Position numbers and translations under genes: made by a program
Notes under the pieces: generated by a model
What the model was told of the DNA's origin: nothing
The model's database searches: none
What the model saw: only the letters and a program-made list of their open reading frames with translations
Source of the DNA: an uncultured Gammaproteobacteria bacterium
Lineage (GTDB): Bacteria; Pseudomonadota; Gammaproteobacteria; GCA-001735895
Reading direction: 5' to 3'
Assembly: GCA_947260025.1 (NCBI GenBank)
Contig: CAMYON010000008.1
Coordinates: 19,242 to 83,241, forward strand
DNA: 64,000 bases
In this document: positions 19,324 to 26,693 of the stretch, piece after piece
Layout: every line of letters starts with the position of its first letter
How positions within the stretch are numbered: the stretch's first letter is position 1

Positions 19324-20382
19324 ATGACCCGATACTGGAGCAAACTAGTCGATGACCTCGATCCCTACGTGCCGGGAGAACAACCCCAGGATCAGCAATA
19401 CATCAAACTCAACACCAACGAGAGCCCCTACCCGCCCTCGCCCGCGGTAGAACAAGTGCTCAGGAATTACCCGAGCGATCGCTTGCGCCGTTATCCAGAC
19501 CCGAAAAACGGCAAACTGGTGAAGGCACTGGCCGACTACCACAGGTTGGCAACGGACCAGGTTTTCGTCGGTAACGGTTCCGATGAAGTACTGGCGCATG
19601 CCTTCCAGGCTTTTTTCAAGCAGGACGAGCCGATCCTGTTTCCCGATATCAGCTACAGCTTCTACCCGGTGTATTGCCGGCTTTACCAGATCGATTTTCG
19701 CCAGGTCGAGCTGGACGAGTCATTTAGGATCGATTTCGATGGTTTCCGGCGCGCCAACGGTGGCATCATCATCCCCAACCCCAACGCACCGACCGGAATC
19801 GCGATTTCGCTGGCCGAGATCCGGGCGCTGCTGGCCGACAATCCGGAATCGGTGATCATCGTCGACCAGGCCTATGTCGATTTTGGCGCCGAATCGGCGG
19901 CTCCGCTCATCGCCGAATTCGACAACCTGCTGGTGGTTGAAACTTTTTCCAAGTCGCGCAGTCTTGCCGGCCTGCGGCTGGGTTACGCGCTCGGGCAGGC
20001 GCACCTGATCGAAGGCCTGCAACGCGTCAAGAATTCATTCAACTCTTACCCGGTCGACAGCCTGAGCGACGCCATCGGGCTGGCCGCGCTCGAAGACGAA
20101 TCCTATTTCATAGAATGTAACCGGCGCGTTATCGATAGCCGAGACCGGCTGGCGCAGGCCCTGACCGGGCTTGGGTTCGAAGTGTTTCCGTCGAGCGCTA
20201 ATTTTGTCTTCGTACGCCATCCCGACGTCGCGGCCAGGACCCTGTATCTCGAGCTCAAATCGGCCGGCATCCTGGTGCGCTACTTCGAGGCTGCGCGCAT
20301 CGACAATTGCCTGCGGATATCGATCGGGACCGATGCCGAATGCGATGCGTTGATTGCCGGGCTGAAAAACATCCTGCAATAG
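19324..20382 (+). CDS. hisC: Histidinol-phosphate aminotransferase family (class II aminotransferase)
   Basis: LNTNESPYPPSP, GNGSDE, NPNAPTG and the PLP-lysine motif TFSKSRSLAGLRLGY are present. The product is 352 aa. Confidence 0.8.
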   Translation: MTRYWSKLVDDLDPYVPGEQPQDQQYIKLNTNESPYPPSPAVEQVLRNYPSDRLRRYPDPKNGKLVKALADYHRLATDQVFVGNGSDEVLAHAFQAFFKQDEPILFPDISYSFYPVYCRLYQIDFRQVELDESFRIDFDGFRRANGGIIIPNPNAPTGIAISLAEIRALLADNPESVIIVDQAYVDFGAESAAPLIAEFDNLLVVETFSKSRSLAGLRLGYALGQAHLIEGLQRVKNSFNSYPVDSLSDAIGLAALEDESYFIECNRRVIDSRDRLAQALTGLGFEVFPSSANFVFVRHPDVAARTLYLELKSAGILVRYFEAARIDNCLRISIGTDAECDALIAGLKNILQ

Positions 20383-20386
20383 AATC

Positions 20387-20404
20387 ACGCCCGGGATCGG
20401 GCGT
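20387..20404. other. 7-bp GC-rich hairpin filling the 24-nt gap between convergent hisC and folK
   Basis: ACGCCCG-ggat-CGGGCGT. It has no T-run and may be a shared transcript-end structure. Confidence 0.35.
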
Positions 20405-20406
20405 AG

Positions 20407-20898
20407 CTAAAATTCGACGGGGAAAAGATCCAGGCGCGGGGCGGTCGGCGCCATGCGTTGCCACAGGACGGCGTACGTCTCACCGCGCTCGGGATGCAGC
20501 GTATCGGGCGCCAGATCCTGCAGGGGCTTCAACACGAAGGCATTCTCGAGAATTTCGGGGCGCGGTATCCTGATGCCCGGCAGGTCCAGCACCGTGTCGC
20601 CATAGGTCAGGATGTCGAGATCGATGGAGCGGCTGGAGAATTTTGGCAGGCTGCGATCGCGCCCCAGTTGGTTTTCAATTTCGCGAAATACCGCGGCCAC
20701 CTGCTCCACCTCGAGCTCGGTGTCGAAGCCCGCTACCAGGTTGAGGAAGTCGAAACCATCGAAGCCCACCGCGGCCGAATTGTAAACCGGCGACAGGCCA
20801 AGCGCACCGAAGCGCGCGCGCAGCGCGTCAACCGCCTGGCGCAGACGGGTTTCACGGTCGACGTTACTGCCGAGGCCAACATAGACGCGCGTGCTCAT
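20407..20898 (-). CDS. folK: 2-amino-4-hydroxy-6-hydroxymethyldihydropteridine diphosphokinase
   Basis: VYVGLGSN..., RSIDLDIL and PHPE-like (PRPEILENAFVLKPL) motifs are present. It has an ATGA overlap with folB. Confidence 0.9.
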   Translation of the reverse strand: MSTRVYVGLGSNVDRETRLRQAVDALRARFGALGLSPVYNSAAVGFDGFDFLNLVAGFDTELEVEQVAAVFREIENQLGRDRSLPKFSSRSIDLDILTYGDTVLDLPGIRIPRPEILENAFVLKPLQDLAPDTLHPERGETYAVLWQRMAPTAPRLDLFPVEF

Positions 20899-21254
20899 GC
20901 GGATTTGTCACCGCGTTCGACGATAACCCCGACCGATTTCGAGCCCCGCACGGCGCCGGGCTTGTGCAGGGTCAACTTGACCCAGGTCACGGCGAATTCC
21001 TCGCGAATGATACGGCAAATCTCTTCCGCCAGGGCTTCCACCAGCTCGTATTCACTCTGCTCGACGAATTCGATCAGGCGCTTGGCAACGCTCTTATAGC
21101 TCAGCGCGTCGTCAATATTATCGCTGCTGGCAGCCTTGCTTATATCGGTCGCCATCTCGATATCGAGGCTGATGACCTGTCTGATCTTGCGTTCCCAGTC
21201 GTAGATCCCGATTACGGTTTCGATCCGCAGGTCATGTATGAATACGATATCCAT
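20895..21254 (-). CDS. folB: Dihydroneopterin aldolase
   Basis: MDIVFIHDLRIETVIGIYDWER...VKLTLHKPGA is the canonical FolB pattern. The product is 119 aa. Confidence 0.9.
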   Translation of the reverse strand: MDIVFIHDLRIETVIGIYDWERKIRQVISLDIEMATDISKAASSDNIDDALSYKSVAKRLIEFVEQSEYELVEALAEEICRIIREEFAVTWVKLTLHKPGAVRGSKSVGVIVERGDKSA

Positions 21255-21362
21255 CGGCTTGCTATCCGGCTAAGGTTTACAGCCTGCAATCTTAGCGGTT
21301 GGGCATAGCAAAAGGAAACGCCAAAGCGCTGAAAAACGTAAAGATTTTTGCCTCAAAGCGGC

Positions 21363-21391
21363 TTGAATCCTAGATATGCTTCTGGTAGAGT
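21363..21391 (+). promoter_or_regulatory. Candidate sigma-70 promoter for rpmB-rpmG
   Basis: TTGAAT (21363-21368), a 17-nt spacer, then TAGAGT (21386-21391). It lies ~40 nt upstream of the rpmB ATG. Confidence 0.35.
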
Positions 21392-21432
21392 TCGCGCCCT
21401 CAATCGATTCTCGCATTCAACGGAGTTCCACC

Positions 21433-21669
21433 ATGTCCCGGGTCTGTCAAGTAACAGGGAAAAAACCTGTTAGCGGAAACAATGTGTCGCACGCTAATAA
21501 CAGAACGCGTCGCCGCTTTCTGCCGAACCTGCATGCTCATAAATTCTGGGTCGAATCCGAGAATCGCTGGGTAAAACTGCGCGTCTCCGCGAAGGGCATG
21601 CGTATTATCGATAAAAACGGCATCGACGCGGTTATCGCCGACATGCGCAAGCGCGGCGTCAAGTGCTAG
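21433..21669 (+). CDS. rpmB: 50S ribosomal protein L28
   Basis: [33 protein letters not shown]... is canonical L28. The track ORF start at 21376 is an over-extension. Confidence 0.97.
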   Translation: MSRVCQVTGKKPVSGNNVSHANNRTRRRFLPNLHAHKFWVESENRWVKLRVSAKGMRIIDKNGIDAVIADMRKRGVKC

Positions 21670-21679
21670 GAGCAGCATC

Positions 21680-21835
21680 ATGAGAGATTTAATTAAACTG
21701 GTTTCAACCGCTGGCACCGGCCACTACTACACCACCGACAAGAACAAGAAAAACACGCCCGACAAGCTGGTATTCAAGAAATACGATCCAGTGGTGCGCA
21801 AGCACGTCGAATACAAAGAAGCCAAAATCAAGTAA
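21680..21835 (+). CDS. rpmG: 50S ribosomal protein L33 (absent from ORF track, 51 aa)
   Basis: Hand translation gives [51 protein letters not shown]. It is 10 nt after rpmB and has GGAG upstream. Confidence 0.95.
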   Translation: MRDLIKLVSTAGTGHYYTTDKNKKNTPDKLVFKKYDPVVRKHVEYKEAKIK

Positions 21836-21861
21836 GCGCGCTGCTTCGACCAGATCAAAGG

Positions 21862-21887
21862 AAACCGGCAAATGCCGGTTTTTTTTT
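21862..21887 (+). terminator. Intrinsic terminator after rpmG
   Basis: The stem is AACCGGC/GCCGGTT with loop AAAT, followed by a T9 run (21879-21887). Confidence 0.8.
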
Positions 21888-21969
21888 GCCTCGACGATTA
21901 ACGTCATACAGGCTTTAATATCGTACCCAGTCAGGTATGATTAGCCTCAAACAAAGCCCCAGGATTTCC

Positions 21970-22902
21970 ATGACAGAGGCACTCGTTCAGGTTGAAAACC
22001 TGTCCCGTTATTACCAGAACAACCGCGCTATCAACCACCTGAGCTTCAGCCTCAAGGCCGGCGAAGTGCTGGGTTTTCTGGGCCCGAACGGCGCCGGCAA
22101 ATCGACTACGATGCAGATAATCAGCGGTAACCTCGCGCCCAGCGAGGGTGAAGTCAAAATTGCCGGGCACGACATCCTCGACGCACCGCGCGCTGCCAAG
22201 TCTCACCTGGGATACCTGCCCGAACACCCGCCGGTGTATCGTGATTCGAGCGTCGATGAGTTCCTGAAGTTTTGCGCACGCCTGCACCGCATCCCGTCGA
22301 GCAGGGTTTCAACGGCGCTAGACCGGGTAAAACAGCAGTGTGGGTTAACCGAGGTCGGCAGGCGCCTGATCGGCAACCTGTCGAAGGGCTACCAGCAGCG
22401 GGTGGGCATCGCGCAGGCCATCATCCATGATCCGCCAGTCGTTATCCTGGACGAGCCCACGGTCGGCCTGGACCCGATCCAGATTCGCGAAATCCGCGAA
22501 CTGATTCGCGAACTCGGCAGCGAGCGCAGCGTCATCCTGTCGACCCATATCCTGTCCGAGGTGCAGGCTACCTGCGACCGCGTTCAAATCATCCGCGCCG
22601 GTGAGCTAATTTACAATGCATCGATCGAATCCCTCAACCAGGGTCACGAGCATTCGTTCACCGTCGCACTGCGCGAGCCGCCGGACCTCGAACAAGTCCT
22701 GTTGGTCACGGGTGTTGACCATGTGGAAAAGCTCGACAGCAGCAGGCTTCGCATCTTCCTGGCGCCCGACGCGAGTCCCGATGCGCTGGTCACTACCGCG
22801 GTAGAGAAAAACTGGGGGCTTTACGAACTGATTCCCGAGCAGCAATCGCTGGAAGACCTGTTTATCGAGCTGACCCATCACGAGGAGGAGGACGCGCCAT
22901 GA
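21970..22902 (+). CDS. ABC transporter ATP-binding protein (ABC-2 / GldA-like)
   Basis: Walker A GPNGAGKST, signature LSKGYQQR and Walker B VVILDEPT are present. The ATG at 21970 has AGGA upstream, and an alternative start lies at 21937. It has an ATGA overlap with the permease. Confidence 0.88.
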   Translation: MTEALVQVENLSRYYQNNRAINHLSFSLKAGEVLGFLGPNGAGKSTTMQIISGNLAPSEGEVKIAGHDILDAPRAAKSHLGYLPEHPPVYRDSSVDEFLKFCARLHRIPSSRVSTALDRVKQQCGLTEVGRRLIGNLSKGYQQRVGIAQAIIHDPPVVILDEPTVGLDPIQIREIRELIRELGSERSVILSTHILSEVQATCDRVQIIRAGELIYNASIESLNQGHEHSFTVALREPPDLEQVLLVTGVDHVEKLDSSRLRIFLAPDASPDALVTTAVEKNWGLYELIPEQQSLEDLFIELTHHEEEDAP

Positions 22903-23628
22903 TCTGGGTGATTGCCAGGCGCGAAGTCGGCGCCATGTTCCTGTCTCCCATGGCCTGGATCATTCTCGCCGTGATTCAGACCATTCTCGGTTACATGTTC
23001 CTGACCAACCTGGACAGCTTTTTCCTGCTGCAGCCGCAACTGATCCAGCTTGCCAACACGCCTGGCGTGACGGACATCGTCGTCACCCCGCTGATGCAGG
23101 TCGCGGCGATCATTTTACTGATGGTCATGCCGCTGATGACGATGCGCTCGTTCGCTGACGAGAAACGCAATCGCACGCTGAGCCTGCTGGTGTCGGCGCC
23201 GCTCAGCATGTCCGAAATCGTGCTCGGAAAATACCTCGGGCTGATCCTGTTCGTTGTCATCCTGGTCAGCATGCTAATGCTGATGCCGCTGTCGCTATAT
23301 CTCGGCACCAGCCCGGATGCCGGCAAGCTGCTGTCGATCTACATCGGCATGCTCCGCCATCGGTTTGTACCTGTCCAGCCTGACCGAAAACCAGACCATC
23401 GCCGCAGTTTCCACCTTTGGCGTGCTGTTGATGCTGTGGATTATCGACTGGCTCGGCGCCTCCGTCAGCAACGGTCACTCGGTGCTGGCCTACCTGTCGA
23501 TACTCAAACACCACCAGTCGATGCTGGAAGGCGTGTTCAAATCGAGCGATATCGCCTATTACCTGATAATCATCACCGGCTTCCTGGTGTTGACGATTCG
23601 CCAACTGGATCGGGAGCGGCTGCTGTGA
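22899..23628 (+). pseudogene. ABC-2 type permease (GldF-like), interrupted by a +1 frameshift near 23345-23355
   Basis: The N-terminal ~148 codons (...GKYLGLILFVVILVSMLMLMPLSLYLGTSPDAGKLLSIYIGML) read in the frame of 22899. The C-terminal ~93 codons (SAIGLYLSSLTENQTIAAVSTFGVLLMLWIIDWL...TIRQLDRERLL*) read in the +1 frame (track ORF 23317..23628). The original frame continues as Arg/Pro-rich nonsense without a stop. Confidence 0.65.
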
Positions 23629-24989
23629 GAGTGGACTCGCGCCAGCGCATGCAGTACCGCATTCAATCAGGCGTCTTCCTGGTCCTGTTTATCGCGCTGC
23701 TCACGGTGGCCGCCTGGATTACCGAGCGTTACCCGTTCACCATCGATATGAGCGCCAACGAGCGCAACAGCCTGTCGCAGGAATCGGCAAGACTGGTCGC
23801 CGGGATCGAGTACCCGCTGGAGGTAACGCTGTTCGTGTCGCCGGCCAACGACAGCAAGCCCCTGCTCGAGGCGCTGTTCGAACGTTACCGACTGCTGCAG
23901 CCCAACATCGAGTTTCAAAGCCTGAATCCCGACCTGCATCCGGATTTACTGCGCACCCACGATATTCGTTACGACGGTGAAGTGCTGCTGGAATACCGTG
24001 GTCGCAGCGAGAAGGTTTCACAGGTCAGCGAAGCCTCGGTCAGCAGCGCCATCCAGCGCCTGCTGCGCCAGGGTGAGCGCTGGCTGGTGTTTCTCGATGG
24101 CCATGGCGAACGCAACCCCTACCGAGAAGCCAATCACGATTACAGCCTGCTGGCAACGAAACTCGCGAGCAAGGGTTACAGCATCGAAAGCCTGAACCTG
24201 ACGCAGACCAGCAGTATTCCGCAAAATACGGACGTGCTGGTTCTGGCCAGCCCCCAGGTAGCGTTACTGCCCGGTGAAATCGAACTGTTGCGCGAGCACA
24301 TCGACCGGGGCGGTAACCTGTTATGGCTGGCCGACCCCGAACAGGTAAGCGAAGGCCTGAATCTACTTGCCGAGCACCTCACGATCGAGTTTTTACCGGG
24401 CATAATCGTCGACCCCAATAGCCAACTAATGGGGCTGGACCGGGTCGATTTCGCGCTGATAGGCGAGTATCCGCGCCACCCGGTTACCCAGAACCTGGCG
24501 AGCCTGTCGTTGTTTCCGCAGGCACAGGCAATCGAATATTACGGCGAAGACAGCTGGCAGCAGCAGGTATTCCTGCGCAGCGACAGCCGCAGCTGGAATG
24601 AAACCGGCGAACTGCGCGGCGAAATCTTCAACGGTGATCACGACGATGAAAGCCAGGGGCCGCTGAATATCGGGCTGACGCTGGCGCGCAACCATGACGA
24701 TGGTGACGGTGAAATCTCCGACCAGCGCGTTGCGATCGTCGGCGATGCCGATTTCCTGTCGAATCGTTACCTGGGGAACGGCAGCAACCTCGATATCGGC
24801 ATCAACCTGCTCAACTGGCTCAGTCACGACGATCAATTGATCGCGATCAGCCCGCGCCCGGCGCCGGACACCCGCCTCGAACTGTCATCGCATAAGCAGA
24901 TTGCCATCGCGGTCTTTTTCCTGGTACTGCTGCCGCTGGGACTGCTGGGCAGCGGTTTGCGTATCTGGTTGAAACGGCGTAAACGCTAA
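23625..24989 (+). CDS. GldG-like ABC-transporter auxiliary protein (ABC-type uncharacterized transport system domain)
   Basis: A GTG at 23625 overlaps the permease TGA (GTGA). An alternative ATG lies at ~23649. It has an N-terminal TM helix, a large soluble domain (...LVFLDGHGERNP..., ...VLVLASP..., ...VAIVGDADFLSN...) and a C-terminal TM helix. This is the second half of the 696-aa track ORF. Confidence 0.75.
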   Translation: MRVDSRQRMQYRIQSGVFLVLFIALLTVAAWITERYPFTIDMSANERNSLSQESARLVAGIEYPLEVTLFVSPANDSKPLLEALFERYRLLQPNIEFQSLNPDLHPDLLRTHDIRYDGEVLLEYRGRSEKVSQVSEASVSSAIQRLLRQGERWLVFLDGHGERNPYREANHDYSLLATKLASKGYSIESLNLTQTSSIPQNTDVLVLASPQVALLPGEIELLREHIDRGGNLLWLADPEQVSEGLNLLAEHLTIEFLPGIIVDPNSQLMGLDRVDFALIGEYPRHPVTQNLASLSLFPQAQAIEYYGEDSWQQQVFLRSDSRSWNETGELRGEIFNGDHDDESQGPLNIGLTLARNHDDGDGEISDQRVAIVGDADFLSNRYLGNGSNLDIGINLLNWLSHDDQLIAISPRPAPDTRLELSSHKQIAIAVFFLVLLPLGLLGSGLRIWLKRRKR

Positions 24990-25843
24990 TGTTTTCACGT
25001 CGCTGGATCATCAACTACATACTGATCGTATTGATCATACTGTTTACCTACGTCGGCAATCGCTTCGACGTAGAAACCGGCTACCAGAAGCAGCCGGGCA
25101 TTACCGAATTAAAATCGACAGAAATCGACACGGTCGAGTTCAAGACCGCGGATGCCTCGCTGCTATTGCGCCACGACGGCAATGCATGGAACGTAGAATC
25201 ACCGATCCGTTGGCCCGCCAATAATATCAACATCGAGCGTCTGCTCGATATCGTCAACAGTCAAACCGAATCGCGTCTCGATGCCGCCGAAATCGACCTG
25301 GCAACGCTCGGGCTGGATTTTCCCAGGGCGATGCTGCGACTGAACGATACCCGGGTATTATTCGGCGCTACCAACAATATCGGAGAACGCCGCTACACGA
25401 TGATCGATTCGACCGTTTTCCTGTTGCCCGATATCCACCTGCCTTTTATTTCGCAGGGATTGACCGACATCGTCGACCGACGACTGATACCGCGCAATCT
25501 AAGCCCGACGGCACTCAAGCTCCCGCAACTGGAAATCGGCCGTAACGCTGCAGGTAACTGGGAATCGACCAAAGGTGACGAATTTACGCCCCAGCAGATC
25601 GCGCGCCTGGCCGAGAACTGGCAAAGTCTGGAAGCCCCCAGGGTCAAGGCCTTCGATACCGGCAACACGCCACGGCAGAAAATCCAGGTGCTGTTCGAGA
25701 ATGGCGCACGCCTGGAGTTTTTCCTGATGTCAATCGATCCGGAAATTGTCATTGCCAATCCACAAATCGACCTGCAGTATCATTTCAACGCGGATCTCTA
25801 TTACCAGCTGATCGATTTGCGCCGCGACGAGAATTCCGCCTAG
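24989..25843 (+). CDS. DUF4340-like protein (N-terminal TM anchor), fourth gene of the ABC operon
   Basis: It has a TAATG overlap with the preceding gene. The single N-terminal helix and 284-aa length fit the DUF4340 proteins that habitually follow GldG-like genes. The assignment is by context and general pattern only. Confidence 0.55.
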   Translation: MFSRRWIINYILIVLIILFTYVGNRFDVETGYQKQPGITELKSTEIDTVEFKTADASLLLRHDGNAWNVESPIRWPANNINIERLLDIVNSQTESRLDAAEIDLATLGLDFPRAMLRLNDTRVLFGATNNIGERRYTMIDSTVFLLPDIHLPFISQGLTDIVDRRLIPRNLSPTALKLPQLEIGRNAAGNWESTKGDEFTPQQIARLAENWQSLEAPRVKAFDTGNTPRQKIQVLFENGARLEFFLMSIDPEIVIANPQIDLQYHFNADLYYQLIDLRRDENSA

Positions 25844-25883
25844 CCCGCTGGCCTGTTTCCACCATCAACGCTAAGCTGTCGTC

Positions 25884-26693
25884 ATGCCCGAGTTACCAGA
25901 AGTAGAAACCACCCGCCGCGGGATCGAACCACACGTTTGCGGTCAGCGTATCGACGCGGTTATCCTGCGCGAAACCCGGCTGCGCTGGCCGATCAGCGAC
26001 GAGGTTGCAGGCTTGCATGGCCGGCAGATAAGCGGCGTCTCGCGACGCGGTAAATACCTGATCATGCATCTCGACCACGGCCACCTCATCTGGCATCTCG
26101 GGATGTCCGGCAGCATGCGGATACTGCCGATCGGCGCGCAATCAGAAGACCATGAACACGTCGAGCTGCAGTTGAACAGCGGCCTCGCGCTAAAGTTTCG
26201 CGATCCGCGACGATTTGGTGCGCTGCTGTATAGCGAGACAGATCCGTTACAGCACCGGCTGTTGCAACAACTGGGCCCCGAGCCGCTGGAAGCGGATTTT
26301 AATGCCGACTATTTTTATCGGCGTTGCCGGCAGCGCAGCGCAGCCATCAAGCAGGTCTTGATGAACAGCCATGTCGTGGTTGGAGTCGGGAATATCTACG
26401 CCAGCGAGGCTTTGTTTCGAGCCGGCATTCGGCCGACCCGCGCCGCGCGGCGCATCAGCAAAAAACGCATTGCCGGCCTGGTCGACGCGGTTCGCGAAAC
26501 CCTGGCGAGTGCGATCGAACACGGCGGCACGACGTTGCAGGACTTTATCCAGACGGACGGCAAACCCGGGTATTTCAGGCACGAGTTACAGGTTTACGGT
26601 AATACCGATCGGTGCAAGATTTGTGCTGCGCCAATCAAACACCTGGTACAGGCACAGCGTTCGAGCTACTACTGCCCTGAATGCCAGTCATGA
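25884..26693 (+). CDS. mutM: Formamidopyrimidine-DNA glycosylase
   Basis: It has the MPELPEVE N-terminus and a C-terminal zinc finger CKICAAPI...YYCPECQ. The product is 269 aa. Confidence 0.95.
   Translation: MPELPEVETTRRGIEPHVCGQRIDAVILRETRLRWPISDEVAGLHGRQISGVSRRGKYLIMHLDHGHLIWHLGMSGSMRILPIGAQSEDHEHVELQLNSGLALKFRDPRRFGALLYSETDPLQHRLLQQLGPEPLEADFNADYFYRRCRQRSAAIKQVLMNSHVVVGVGNIYASEALFRAGIRPTRAARRISKKRIAGLVDAVRETLASAIEHGGTTLQDFIQTDGKPGYFRHELQVYGNTDRCKICAAPIKHLVQAQRSSYYCPECQS

Noticed and set aside
22899-24989. A 696-aa ORF suggesting a single fused permease-GldG protein.
   Set aside because: The central ~95 codons are Arg/Pro-rich out-of-frame sequence. The +1 frame there encodes the expected permease C-terminus, and a GTG overlapping its stop begins the GldG-like gene. 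I interpret this as a frameshifted permease plus a separate gene.
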